Source: Macrostomum lignano (Eukaryota). From it: DNA of 64,000 nucleotides. Positions 37,464 to 50,993 of the stretch are shown here, piece by piece. Both the position numbers and the translations under genes were made by a program. The notes under the pieces were generated by a model. That model saw nothing but the letters and a program-made list of their open reading frames with translations, was not told where the DNA came from and did no database searches. Position 1 is the stretch's first letter; each line of letters begins with the position of its first letter. Location of the stretch: NCBI GenBank assembly GCA_002269645.1, contig NIVC01000544.1, positions 481,167 to 545,166 of the forward strand. The letters run 5' to 3'.

Positions 37464-38754
37464 GCGCGGCGCTCTGACGTGCCAGTGGCCCAGGCTCGAT
37501 TCCAAGTGCAGTCGCATTAATTTGTGGCTAAATTGGAATTTGGAATCTCGGCTTGGCTCTGCTCGTGCAATCAACGCCCAGCTTGAGAGCCAACCCCCCA
37601 AGGCGCAGTGAAGTGTACATGCCTAACGATAAATACAGTTAGGGCCGCTGTACACTCCTGTGTGAGTGTGTGCCTGTGCGTATGACTGCGGAGGTATCCG
37701 CGCGCTTATGTGCCTGCTCAGGGGAGTCGGCTGAATGGGCAGTAATGCCTCTCGCCGGTTTTGTGCATCTACGAACGTATTATTAGGTCGAAGTGCGTTG
37801 CCATGGTTACACCAGGGAATACGAATCCGGCAGAGTCTTGGTTGCCCTTTTGAATATTTGGCATTCGGCACGCCAGGAATCCGAAAGTCTCGAAAATCTT
37901 TTTGAAAATCTGTAGATCTGAACTGTTATAGGCATAGCCTTATAGCTTTGTAAACTGAATTACCGGTGTATTACTCATTCACAAATTTTGGCGCAGCCAG
38001 ACGCCAGCGCAAAGCGGCATGAGGGAACTGGGGGGGGGGTGTTGCGCAACGCACTTCGCGCATTTTAACATTCGATCAAAGGCTCTCCAGACATGAACCC
38101 CATCGAGCCTGTCCGGGACTTCGTAAATTCATAATAAGAATGCTAATACTGTTATTGTACCATAGACATTTCTGCCTTCGCAATTAAGGCTGCAAGAGAA
38201 GGATTAGACACTTTCATTTGATCACAACTAAATCTCTTAGATCCGACCGGTATTTCAGTCTACAGTCTGAATGCCTGAACCGATTTTATTCCAAAATTGC
38301 TTTATTCAATTGCAAATTCTTGTGAGATTGTGTGAGTGTAATTGAATTTAAAAATTCGAATGGGAAGATGGTTAAATATTTGAAAAACTGTATTTTCCCT
38401 CTCTAATTAGTGTATTTTTTCGCAGTGAGGGCTCTAAATGTCTATGGCCATAGAGTATTCGAAAACACGCTTCTTTGCATAAGGGAGAGATCAGCCACTG
38501 CACTTTCAAAGTATTGAAGTATTGCGTAACTGTGTACAGGCCTCACTACTATATATCACTTACTGTGTATATCACTGCTATGTATTTGACTGCATTGCCG
38601 AAGGATATATGGCTGATGCTAAAAATAGTCTGTCTATGTGCCCCGGGTCTCGGGTGCTTGCTACGTCTGTTGGATGATTGCTGACTGGCGCCACTATATA
38701 CAGTAGTATATGCAAGGGATAGAAATATGCTCAGCGGCTGCGTGCTGTTTGGGT

Positions 38755-39690
38755 AATGCTTGCTATCTGGGGGATGCTTGCTGTCTAGAGGATTGCTTGC
38801 TGTCTGGGGGATGCTTTCTGTCTGAGAAATGATTGCTTATGCTTGCTGTCTGGGAGATGCTTTCTGTCTGGGGGATGCTTGCTGTCTAGAGGATTGCTTG
38901 CTGTCTGATGAATGATACTTGCTGTCTGGGAGATGCTTTCTGTCTGGGGGATGCTTGCTGTTTGGGGGATGCTTGCTGTCTGATGAATGCTTTCTGTCTA
39001 GGGGATTGCTTGCTGTCTGATGAATGCTTGCTGTCTAGGGGATTGCTTGCTGTCTGATGAATGCTTGCTGTCTGGGGGGATGTTAGCTCGTAGCTGTCTG
39101 AGAAATGATTGCTTATGCTTGCTGTCTGGGAGATGCTTTCTGTCTGGGGGATGCTTGCTGTTTGGGGGATGCTTGATGTTTGGGGGATGCTTGCTGTTTG
39201 GGGGATGCTTGCTGTCTGGGGGATGCTTTCTGTCTGATGACTGCTTGCTGTCTGGGGGATGCTTGCTGTCTAGGGAGTGCTTGCTGTCTGAGAAATGCTT
39301 GCTGCCTGGGGGATGCTTGCTGTCTGGGGGATGCTTGCTTATGCTTGCTGTCTGAGAAATGCTTGCTGTCTGGAGGATGCTTGCTGTCTAGGGAGTGCTT
39401 GCTGTCTGAGAAATGCTTGCTGCCTGGGGGATGCTTGCTGTCTGGGGGATGCTTGCTTATGCTTGCTGTCTGGAGGATGCTTGCTGTCTGGGGGATGCTT
39501 GCTGTCTGGGGGATGCTTGCTTATGCTTGCTGTCTGGAGGATGCTTGCTGTCTAGGGGGTGCTTGCTGTCTGAGGAATGCTTGCTGTCGGGGGGATTGCT
39601 TGCTGTTTGGGGGATGCTTGCTGTCTGATGAATGCTTTCTGTCTAGGGGATTGCTTGCTGTCTGATGAATGCTTGCTGTCATCATGCTTG
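38755..39690. repeat. ~17-bp minisatellite (GGGGATGCTTGCTGTCT), same family as 5960-6365
   Basis: Degenerate tandem array. It is preceded at ~38618 by CTAAAAATAGTCTGTCTATGTG, which resembles the Helitron A/B 5' region. Confidence 0.9.
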
Positions 39691-40505
39691 CTGAGGGAAC
39701 TGTTCTGACATGCTGAGGGAACTGTTCTGACATGCTGAGGGAACTGTTCTGACATGCTGAGGGAACTGTTCTGACATGCTGAGGGAACTGTTCTGACATG
39801 CTGAGGGAACTGTTCTGACATGCTGAGGGAACTGTTCTGACATGCTGAGGGAACTGTTCTGACATGCTGAGGGAACTGTTCTGACATGCTGAGGGAACTG
39901 TTCTGACATGCTGAGGGAACTGTTCTGACATGCTGAGGGAACTGTTCTGACATGCTGAGGGAACTGTTCTGACATGCTGAGGGAACTGTTCTGACATGCT
40001 GAGGGAACTGTTCTGACATGCTGAGGGAACTGTTCTGACATGCTGAGGGAACTGTTCTGACATGCTGAGGGAACTGTTCTGACATGCTGAGGGAACTGTT
40101 CTGACATGCTGAGGGAACTGTTCTGACATGCTGAGGGAACTGTTCTGACATGCTGAGGGAACTGTTCTGACATGCTGAGGGAACTGTTCTGACATGCTGA
40201 GGGAACTGTTCTGACATGCTGAGGGAACTGTTCTGACATGCTGAGGGAACTGTTCTGACATGCTGAGGGAACTGTTCTGACATGCTGAGGGAACTGTTCT
40301 GACATGCTGAGGGAACTGTTCTGACATGCTGAGGGAACTGTTCTGACATGCTGAGGGAACTGTTCTGACATGCTGAGGGAACTGTTCTGACATGCTGAGG
40401 GAACTGTTCTGACATGCTGAGGGAACTGTTCTGACATGCTGAGGGAACTGTTCTGACATGCTGAGGGAACTGTTCTGACATGCTGAGGAAACTGTTCTGA
40501 TATGC
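39691..40505. repeat. Near-perfect 22-bp minisatellite (CTGAGGGAACTGTTCTGACATG), ~37 copies
   Basis: Copies appear identical except the last one or two. Confidence 0.97.
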
Positions 40506-41664
40506 TGAAGGTATTGTATCGACATTAAGTTATCTGGGTTGTAAATGAGTTGATATTCAAATCTGCAGTATGTACGCTCGTAAATTGTAACTGAATACTT
40601 GCATGCAGAGTTTTGGGATTAGCTGCTGATGGGTATCTGCATGGCTAAAATTGGGATCAATCTTGACAGGAAGACACATTAAGTGAGTTGATAGTGGTTA
40701 ATTAACAGTTCACATAGCAGAGTAAAATACCCTCCTCACCTGGGCTTACCGCTGGAGCTGCATCAGGCTCAGCTGAAAAGTGGCAGGATTATCCTGAATG
40801 CAGCTGAGCATGAGCACGAGCAAGCTAAAGCGCAACTCAAAGGCAAAAAAGCTACTCACATTTCTTCTTTGAGGACGGGCAGCTCAGAGCGCCGTAGATG
40901 GCTGCGCTCATGCAGAACAGAACCAAAACCGTTCGGAACATGCTCAGGTAGACCAGGTAAAATCAGCTGATCCGCGAAACCTTTTGTTAAGCTTGTTAAG
41001 AAGTGTTTCTTGTTTCTCCTAGTGTTGTCTGGTCAAGTTTCGTGAAAAGTGCAAATTCAGCTTATCGAAGTTAAAAATGCTGAGGGTTTTTTTGAAATAG
41101 TCGCTCGGTTGAGCCACAGACACGACTGTATATTTCAGTCAGCTGGCTCTGGCCATAGACAATTTGATTCGCGGGAATTCAATGAGGCTGTTTTTTAATT
41201 CTCCCGCGCACCCTGACTGGCCATAGACTATAGGATTCTGATGAGAAAGGACTTTTAGCAACGCCTTGCTGGCATTTTGCGATGCGATGGACTTTTGCGG
41301 TATAAATTTACCATAGAATAGAAAACGAGGGAGTGGAAACTCAGTTTTAGCGAGTAAGAAATGAAGTGTACGTGTGTATTTGTAGTTGGAAAAGCTACAG
41401 TAGTTAGCGAGAGCATCTTACTACCATTGCGACACAGTGCATGGTTTTCGGCTGCTTAACACACTACGATTCCAATCCAGAAAGCAACGCGTCAGCGCTG
41501 GTTCAACTTCGACTTCAACTTCCACACAGTCCAACTTCTTTAATGGCAAAGTCGAAAATCTGGGGATCTGCAGACTTCATTGTCTTCCGGGAGCCAAAAT
41601 GGTCAAAAAGACAAGGCGACAACGTCCGGCTGATCCACCAACCGAGTTTTCTCAGTTGCCACTA

Positions 41665-42065
41665 CTAGTCAACTCCGTAAGGGTCGATTTTGCGAAGGTC
41701 CGTCGGGCTGATGTCGGCCTCTAGCACCGCGGCAAAGTGCTCCCTTGGGGTGTACCGCCCCCCCCGGGATGTACCTTCAGAGGGGTGGGCCTCCTGCGGG
41801 GAGGGTCTCCTGCGGGGTGTACCTCCTGAAGGGGATTCCCGCCCCTCCTCCAACCTCTCCTCCCGGGATTCCCGCCCCTCCTCCAACCCCTCCTCCCGGG
41901 ATTTCCGCCCCTCCCAGGATTCGAACCAAGGTCGTGCGCGTTCAAAAGCGAACGCGTTAACCACTAGGCCAACTACTCTTTATTTTAAAAAAATTGGTAT
42001 TTTCTTTATTTTAAACTTTTTTTTTCAAGTGACAGACCAATTTAACATGAAAAATCGATTAATGC
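41665..42065 (-). mobile_element. Helitron-like/tRNA-headed element C (3' part); 5' part lost or interrupted by the Gypsy remnant
   Basis: On the minus strand: ATCGATTTTT motif, a tRNA-like module (41908-41978: TGGCCTAGTGGTTAA...GACCTTGGTTCGAATCC), short GC-rich tandem repeats, then an imperfect hairpin ACCCTTACGGAGT and GACTAG|T. Confidence 0.5.
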
Positions 42066-42085
42066 GTCGTTAGAGCAGCATGTGA

Positions 42086-43774
42086 GTGAGGCGCAAAATC
42101 AGCAGAAGTCAGCAGAATGGGGAGAATCGCCGTCAGTGCTGGTTGTGTGACAATGTCACCGAAGGCGTTGTGCCAGGGTGGCCCGCAGCCCTAGCTCCTA
42201 CGAATGCTATAATTATTAAGCAGAAGCTACCAAGACAGTTCTCATCTGGCGAGGCTTTTGGAACGACCACCATACTTAAACTCCAGGCGCTTGGCCCCGT
42301 CACTCGCTCCAGGATGCCGGCTGCCAGTTGGTCCTTCAGCTCTTTTCCACGGCGGTTCGGAGATGCACCGGGACTCGAGATCGAGGGTGGCAAACTGGCA
42401 CCGCTTCTTCCTTCACCTGAATGCTGACTGAGACACCCTTAATGCAGTCGATTCTTTGGAAACCTGTCGCTGAACTCCTTCATGATCAAGGATCATGATC
42501 AATTATGCGGTCCGACCCTCAGCATCCCCATCTGCGTGCTTGTCTCGCGGCCTAGGATGGTGATGCAGTCCTCTCTGATGACGATAAAGCGCACTCTCTC
42601 CGAGTTGCCGTTGATCTTCGTGTGCAGAGTTATCTGACCAGCGGGTGTCAGGGGTCTCGCTGCTCCGAGAGGATAGACCCTTGTGTGTGTGGGCTGAAGC
42701 GCCCGCTCGGGTGCTCCCGTCTTTTGGCGAAGGGTCCGCTGGCTGAGCACGTTGCAGCTCGCGCCGCTGTCGATCAGGCCGAGTACGTTCGAGCCGTTGA
42801 TGACCGCTTTGAAGGTGGCGCTTTTGCAGCTGGGGTCGAGGCTGGAGAATACCGCCTCCGCCAGGTGCGCCACTGCTGGTCCGGCTGCCGAGCGCTCCAT
42901 GATGGCCGCCTGCTGGCTGGCTGCTTCGTTTGTTCTCGCCAGTTGAAGGGCCTCGGGGAGGCTGATGTTGGGCACGTTGAGCAGTCGCTTTCGGAGGGAT
43001 TCACTGCGGCAGCAGGCGACGATCTGGTCGCGGCTGAGGAACTGGCGCAGCTCTCCGAACTGGCAGGCCTCAGCCGCGTTGCACAGTCGGTGGATGGCTG
43101 TCGATGGCTTCCCCGTCCAGCTGCGTGCACTGGCGGAATTGGTACCGGGTGAACACCACATTGTCGCGTCCTTGAAAGTGCTGAGTTAGCGCCGCTATGA
43201 GTGAGTCGAGCGTTTGCTGCTCCGGCTGTTCAGTGGCGGGATGCGTCTGTGAGATCTCTTTAAAGATGTCTGTTTAACCTCTTTTCCCGCAGTATACAGA
43301 AGGATTTCCTGCTTCAGGGCGTCGTCCGAGATTCCTGATGCTGTCAAGAATCGCTTAAGTGTGGTGGCCCACTCTGTCCAGCGCTTGCTGACGGTGTGGG
43401 GATCCGCACTGATGCTGAATGCGGATGGCGGCTGTAGCTGTAGAAGCGCCATTGGGTTCCTGGCTTGCGACGCCAATGTAGCGAGCAACTACTCTAGCTG
43501 GTTGTTGCGAGTGTAAGTTAGCCACTCAAAAATGTGGAGAATCAGGTGTTTTGGCTGTGCCTGCATTGTCTGGCAGATCGAGCTCAGATTTCCGGTTCAT
43601 TGAGTGCGCGTTAGGATATGTGCTCGAGCAAAATGGGAAGCGGATAGGCTGAGTGGGGCCACGGAGTGCAAACTGGGTGTCCCGAACTGCCTGCCTGCGC
43701 ATGCTACATGTACATCCCTCGTCTGGATTGGAACCCGGGGTCCAAAACCCGGGGTTGGATTCAACATTGCTACA
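42086..43774 (-). mobile_element. Truncated Ty3/Gypsy LTR retrotransposon (5' LTR, PBS, frameshifted gag, protease, RT start)
   Basis: LTR 43477-43774 with TGTAGC...GCTACA ends; PBS TGGCGTCGCAAGCCAGG at 43459-43475; gag from ATG 43452 (WTEWATTLKRFLTASGI; CQFGEL..RDQIV..LRKRLL); protease LIDSGASCNVL; RT start QLAAGILERVTGPSAWSLSMVVVPK. No 3' LTR seen. Confidence 0.85.
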
Positions 43775-46700
43775 GTGCTACAGTGACAAGGTTCTGTCAT
43801 CAGTTCCTCAATGAGGAAGGAGCTCTGCCAGGAGTTTGATCAGATCGATTCCTGCGAACGCGATTATCTGAGGCTTTTCTATTCATCTCTTTGAAAGCAG
43901 GGTGGATCGAACATATTTTTTTACGCGCTTAAGTCCTCCTAATCAGCTGTTTTCTTGCTATCAGCAACTTACGATCCTTCGTTGTTTTTTGTTGTTTCGC
44001 GCCGTTGTCATGTTTCATTTTTTCTGTAGCTAAAAGCATTTGTTAATTTTCCAGTAACAATCTAAAGCAGCAGTAAAAATTGAAATGTTGCCGACAGAAC
44101 TTACTTCCGTTACAATTAGTCTCGTTTTCATGTTTGTAGTACATGTATAGTTCCCAAAGCCACGTGCACAATTGGTCTTCTGGGCATTGACTGCTTTGTT
44201 CGAAGCTTTAAAAACATCTTCGATTGCTTTCTTTTGTCGATGGTTCTAGGCAAGAATTTCCCGGCAGCAATTTTTTTGTTTGAAGCCGTTGTTTCAAACA
44301 CGACCAAAAAAAATGTGCATCCATTTACATGCATGTATTTGTGAATATATTGAACGCAAATAAAAGTGACGCATGAGTGCTAGTGAATGATGGGTTTTAA
44401 TTTCAATTTTTTTTCTTGATTCCTTAAAGACGTAAATCGCTTATGTTAAACCGTAACCTAGTAATAAAAACTCTGTCGTTTTAAACGATGTTATCTATTT
44501 TACGTACAATTTTAAGCTTTAACTTTTCGTATATTTTAACTTAATTGTCGGGTCGTTCTCAAAGCTAGGTCACAACTTTTTGTTATTGCAAAAAAAGTTT
44601 ATACATCGACCAATAATCGTACAAAAAAAATTCTTTTGACAATTTCTGTAAGAAGCTGCTACTAAAACCACAAGAAAACTTGAAATTGAGAAGAAATCAA
44701 GGCTATTTGTTATTCTTTGTTGCGGAAAATAAACGACAAAAATATTAAAGAGAAAATAAAATTTTCTTCCATTTTTATTTTAAATATGCAGTTAAATTTC
44801 TTTTGCAAAAATAAAAGAACAAGAAATTGACAAAGGAAATGTTTTTGAGCACAGCATTTTGTTACTCTGCTCTAAATCCCAGACATTTAAAATTATCGTG
44901 TGCGAAAAAGTGCGAAATTATTATAGCATGCACTCGAAAGAACTTCGATCAGTTTAACTAATCACTGAATTGAGAAGTCTAAATAAGTCTTGAAAGGTTG
45001 AATTAAAAATCAAGTTTTCACTATGTATCTTTTCAAAGGCAAGATGATTCGACAAATAAAGAATGTTCATTTTTACCTTGAATAGAATTGTTCATTTTTA
45101 CATTAAATATAATAAAATCTAACTAATAATAGAAAAAGTCAGGGAACTATCCTTGAACACCAAAAAGCACATTGTGGATTTAATATCGACTGCATGTTCC
45201 TTAATAAAGGAATTCAGATACTAGTATATATTTGATTATTTGTAGCATAATTTCTGAAAACTATAACTTGCTTGATTTTACTTTAAGTACTCATTACATT
45301 AATACTTATACCAAAGCTACATGTACTTAAAATAAAAAATCATAGTTACTTATTAGAAATTTTACTCCAATTAACTTAAAATAATTCAAATTTATTTTAA
45401 TTAATTCACTTTTTGAAACTTTTTGGAAAATAGACAAAATTGAATTATTTAATTACCAAAAACCTACTAGCTTAACTAAAATAGCAATTAGTCTTTAAGA
45501 AAAGATTTCACTTGTTAATTGAGAAAAATGAGGATGTGCGAGGTGTAAAAATGCGAAAGAGCATGCAGGAAACAGAGACAAACAAAAATGTAGGTAAAAG
45601 ACACTGCACATGCACATAATATGATAACCAGACATAATGCGCACACTGAAACACCGTAGCAATGACGCCCAAGCTTTTGATGATCACAAGCGAAAAGGCA
45701 AAACCCAGCCATCAATCAAAGAAGTAGACTATAGCACGCATCTTGAGTGCATCACGCATTTTTTGCAGAGAAGCTCGAAAATTAACATTGTATTCTGTGC
45801 ACAACCACCAACTGCGACAGGGTCTGCCGGGGGATTTGTGGGCACGCGGTCGCGGATACAAATCGGAGGAGTCGCTGACCATTCTGAAATTACTAGCTAG
45901 TACATGTAATTTTGTGTATTAATATATTTAGCCCGCTTTATTTCTATGCTCTCGTCTGCCTCTCGTTAATGCATCCCCAGACTCATGCAATAATCAAACT
46001 TATGATCGAACTATGCATGGCTTCCGTCCCTCGCTTTGAATCTCTCACCTCCCCATAGTTCCATCAACCTTACCGTAGTGGCTTCCTATGCAAAAATCAT
46101 CCCTCCGCATCTTACACAGGCTACTTCAGGCTGTAGACTGTACTACACTATTAATTAGTTGCGCTAAGGAATCTACATGTATTTGCTCGCAGCGCAGCGC
46201 GCTGCTCAAAGAAGTTTAGATCTGTCTAGATATTCTAGTAATTTCAGGTTTGTCCATAGACTGGAGCTCATGAGATGAGAATTCCATTAACTAGTACGTT
46301 TAATGTGAATGAACTGCGTGTGTGTGTGCTGTGCATACATAATGTATAATATACGAGTAGTTTATGGGCCAAATTATTGTGTGGCACAATTCTTGGCATC
46401 ACTCAGCAGGCACAAGATGCAGTTAAGCAGCGCACGAAAATTCTACAAAAGAAATTGAGCCTGGTTGAGGTGATGCGAGGAGGCAGATCCACACAATCTC
46501 AGTGAATACACCAGACTGCACCAGATACGAGTCCAGTCGAATGTGCGCACTGGTCTAAGCAGCACACGCATGTCCTCCTGACAATGACGGCACCTAGCTT
46601 CGTCCAAGCCTTTGCCAGTGTCACTGACAGCGTCAATACTACCATGCAGTGCCACCTGCAGCACCGACAACGGCAATTCCTCCAGTTAGCCTACAACAGT

Positions 46701-48888
46701 GGCTAAACTGAGGGACAGGGAACCTACCCGCAGAAGACACACACATACACACACAGCACCGGCAGCAGCACTCTGACAGCATAACCTAAAGCTCCATGAG
46801 CTCAGTTTTCAAGCATTGAAGAAGCAGAAGCAGTCATCTTGAATCCAGGGATCAGGAAGAGTGTTGCATGTCCGACATGTGCTGTTTCCGTGGCAAAAGG
46901 TGATGGAGCAAATTAATCAACACTTACTATCTAGCTCGTATTAAGACTAAAAAACTGAGGCAAGCTGGGATTAAACCAAAGAAAATTTTTTACTATACTT
47001 TTTTACCATATACTTTTACTATACTTCTATAGTATAGTAGAGAGGTACTCTATTTAAATGCAGTAAGAAGTGAAACAAATTTATATATTTAATTATTAAA
47101 TTAAATTAATTCAAGGTAAATAACTAATTTAACCAATTTATTAGGAGTATTTAATATTATAATAAATTGATTTTTATACCTTACACGAAATAAGCTCTAC
47201 ATTCATTTCTTAGCTTGGGGCCCATCTGTATAAGGTCAGTTTCTTCAAAATGCTGATTAATTAATTAAGGCCTGTTGTCTTTACTTAAATTTATAAGGGC
47301 ATCTTAGAAGTTAATATTACTATATAATACATGTATAATATTATTACTATATTATAATAATATAGTTGCAATTTTAATGACTATTGAATAAGTCTAAATG
47401 CTTCCCCTATTGACTCTAAATACATGGTATCTTTCCCTTCAGAAAAAATTAGCATAGAATGACTTGATGAAAACAAAAAAAATCATTTCGAGATACACAT
47501 TTGCTGATCATTCAGGTCAAATTTCAAGGTCCAGTTTTGCACATGTTTCTCTGTAGCTTGGTTACAAGGATTCTAATAAAAATATAATAAATATGTCCAA
47601 TGAACTAACTGATACATAGCCAAATTGAAGTATTTTCAAAAACAAAAAAAAATCATTTGCTCAGTTTACTTTACTGGATATCTGTGTAAAATTTCAGCTC
47701 AAAAGGTGCTCCATGGAGAATGCTAGTGTGGTTACAGGATATTTATTTTGTGCTTCAAAGTAGGAGTTTATTGCGATGCATGGTTGCTTTTAATTATTTT
47801 TATCAACAATAGTGCTCTATTTCATAACAATCTTTTACAAAAAGATATTAAGACATGTTTTTCTAATTATCTGCATCAAAATGTATCATTTTAAGCGCAT
47901 ATTCTAGACGTCAGCTGAAAAATACATTTTGTGAGACGCAAAGAGGCTATCCCACCGGAAATGCTAGGCGTACAGTTAAGCGTCTATAAAATCATTTATA
48001 GTGCAGTTTATTAAGCTTTAAAAAAATCTTAAATTAAATTTATATAAGCTTTCATTTTAAATGTAATATAGCAAGTTTTCAACTCAACAACAACTTTTTT
48101 TAGCTACAGACATCATAGTGTCAAAAATTAGGACATCGGTGAAGTGATTGAATTTGAATTTTTTCATCACCTAATATCGCCTAATACCGCAAGACAACTT
48201 AAAACACTTTTGCAACATAAATTTCAACCCAAAAATTATCTTTATTCACAGATGAAAGTGTCCTATTATTTTCAATACGGCAGTAACAATAGTAAATGTT
48301 CCGAAAATTGTTAAAATTTTCGCTCCTCCCAGAATTTGAGAACGACCCTGTCACGATCAGACTGAACAATATCATGGTCCATTGTTCTGTCCTGTCTGTC
48401 AACTACATCTGCTTAATGTAATGGGAATTAAATAAAGCGTAGCTACGAGGCCATTTACTTAAATTATTTAGTTGTGCGCTTCTTTCCTAACCTAAATTAT
48501 GGTTTCTAAATGAACGAAAAAGTAAAGAATCCAAGCCGAAAAATTATTATTTTTTAATAAGGCCTAGTTAATAGTAGATAAAGATAGCGTACTAGGCCTA
48601 GGAAGTAGGCCTAGCAGGCTATGAGTAGGCCTATCAGTCGCCCGCCCTGAGACTGAGTAGGCCTAATGAGTTCCTTGTTGTTGTTGAATATTGTTGCTTC
48701 TTGATCTTTTTTGTTAGGCCTAGTTTAGGCCTTCTTTGCCAATTATCTTTGTATGCCAAACTTTAGGCCTACTAGTCCCTACCTTTTTAGGCCTATATGT
48801 GGTCGTGGATTACCTTTTTGTATAATAGGATAGGGCCTATTTGTCATTTGATTTTTTTGCATTGGCCTTATACATATATATGAATAGG

Positions 48889-49454
48889 TGGCAATAGTGC
48901 AGTTTCGTTTGGGTTTGCGAAATTATTTTTTGTTTAAATTTGAAAGTTCGAAACCAGAAAACAATAACAACAATAAAAATTGATGTTTTAAACCATTCTA
49001 ACGATTGTGGCAAAGACCATGGCAGCCATCAGGTCGCGCACATCTAGCTCTAGTTGCGGTAGAGCATTTGCTGGCAGCACTTCATTTGGCGGAATTATTT
49101 ACAAGGGTCTTGGTTGTTGTCCAGCCATGATACAATATGTTGTCCAAATGAAAAAGCAGATATTAGCAGCTTCTCAGCTAAAGGGAAACAGTTCAAGCCC
49201 CCCCCACTTGAGCCCCTTTCAATTTTTTAAACTTTTTTCTATAGACAAATTGCATTTCAAGTAGCATTCGAGCGTGGCACAGATTTAATAAAAAAGTATA
49301 TTAATAGAGCGCCCATTTGCTTTAAAGTTCCGTGACCAGTGAGCTCTGGCATAGTCATTAGAATGGTTTAAAACATTGTTATTATTGTTTTCTAGTTTCA
49401 AACTTTCAAATTTAACCAAAAAATAATTTCGCGAACGAAACTGCACTATTGCCA
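48889..49454. mobile_element. Non-autonomous TIR DNA transposon (566 bp) with ~110-120-bp TIRs and a 6-bp TSD (AATAGG)
   Basis: Arms TGGCAATAGTGCAG...AAACCATTCTAA and the reverse complement ending at 49454. AATAGG flanks both sides (48883-48888, 49455-49460). Confidence 0.75.
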
Positions 49455-50993
49455 AATAGGCCTAGGCTTTAGTCTTGAGTCATAGAATAGGCCTATGGTA
49501 TAAAGTCAGTTTCTTACTCTTAATTAAGGGGCTTGTTTTCTAGATTCTTCTAGTACCTATTAATATGCATCTATATAGTATTATAGATATGCGGTCAGCA
49601 GTCCATGTGGAAACATTTTTTAGCTACCAGGGAAGCATGGCCCATGGCCAACAATCATGCTTTCTATGTAGGGCCCAATGCCTAGGCCTTTGAGGTGTTA
49701 GGATAATAGGCCTATAAAGGACCTTTTTACAATTCTGACAATAAAAAAGACCTTTTTTTGCAATTTCAATGGTAAAAAACCTGTTTTGTCGGCTACAGGT
49801 CAAAAGGTTGACAGTCAAAAGGGCAACAGTTACAGTGTATTTATATTGAAATTACGAGTTCCATGTACATTAGAAGTATTTGTTAAAAGCAGTAAAAATG
49901 TATTATACTTGTATTTGTTAAAACGTGTTGTTAAAAATGTATGAACAGTTAAAATGGGGTATGTATAAAAGCTGGACATGTATTGGACACACTAGGCCTA
50001 TAAAATGTTAAAATGTATTTAATGAGGTCCATTTATTTCACTTACGCCTTTAGTAAAGCATCTGCTAAGCAGTTGCCACGTTAATAGAATTGCATAGTCC
50101 TAGTTTGCTGCTAAAAACTGAAATAAATAAACCCTACTGATTTATGTTTCAATGTACATTAATATATATATACATGTATAATACCAACACGTACAATTCT
50201 AATATGTCTAATGTCTTAATACATCTTGTTATTGCTTTTGATAGAAGGCAGATTCTAAGATTTTCAACAAAACAAGGTTCTACTTACTGCCACTTAAATA
50301 GTTCTTGGTTTAATATCCTGTTGCCCTGTTGACTATCACCCTTTTGATTGGTTGCCTTTTTGCCATTCAAATGCAAAAATCAAATAGGATACACAAAATA
50401 TTTTAAATAACAAAACCTAACATAAAACAAAACAATACTTTTTTCCTTTCTATATTAGGCCTACTTTAATTTAATAAAATTTGCTACAGCTTCTTTTTTT
50501 TAAGAAAACTAAAAATATATCTTTATTACCAAGACAAGCAAGACTGTTAATTCTTTTTTGAGGATTTTCCAATTGGTTGTGACTTTTTCTAATTGTTGAC
50601 TTCCCTTAACCACACTAATTGTCCATTTTTATGCTATTGTAGTTGTAGTAGGCCCTATAGTAGTCTATTGACAGTGTATTGTGCTACATAGTAAAAAATA
50701 AAAAAGAATACAATAGCTTGCAATTTGCTTGCATACAAAGGCCTATACGCATGGCAATTTTCATCAAAAAAGGCCTCTAAGACCTATAGTTAGAAAGATG
50801 GCCTTTTTCATGGAAAATTCCGGCACAAAAGGGGGTTGGACATGTGCCATGCTAGTGCATTTTGGCGCAATAGCAGGCAATAGAGGAAATCTGGCACAGT
50901 ACTTTGCAAGACAAAAAAAATGGCACAATTTGGTGCAAGACAAAAACTTTCAACAAGACAATATTTTCACTGACAGAAAATTAAGTTAGCATA

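Noticed and set aside
37457-37512. Possible tRNA-SINE head (TGGTCCAGCGCGG...GGCTCGATTCC)
   Set aside because: Both boxes are degenerate and no body, tail or TSD could be identified.
39020-40525. 250-330-aa repeat ORFs (SEQFPQHVRTVPSACQNSSLSM)n and Cys/Leu-rich ORFs
   Set aside because: Stop-free frames of 22-bp and 17-bp tandem repeats, with no non-repetitive coding context.
40750-40970. GC-richer open stretch (LELHQAQLKSGRIILNAAEHEHEQAK...)
   Set aside because: No start, splice context or recognisable motif; could be a TE relic but is unsupported.
41908-41978. Functional tRNA gene
   Set aside because: A and B boxes are present but the acceptor and anticodon stems do not pair; treated as a TE-embedded tRNA-derived module.
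45637-46676. Short ORFs with C..H (ECITHFLQ) and CRHC motifs suggesting transposase or RT relics
   Set aside because: Too short and without further family motifs to support a call.
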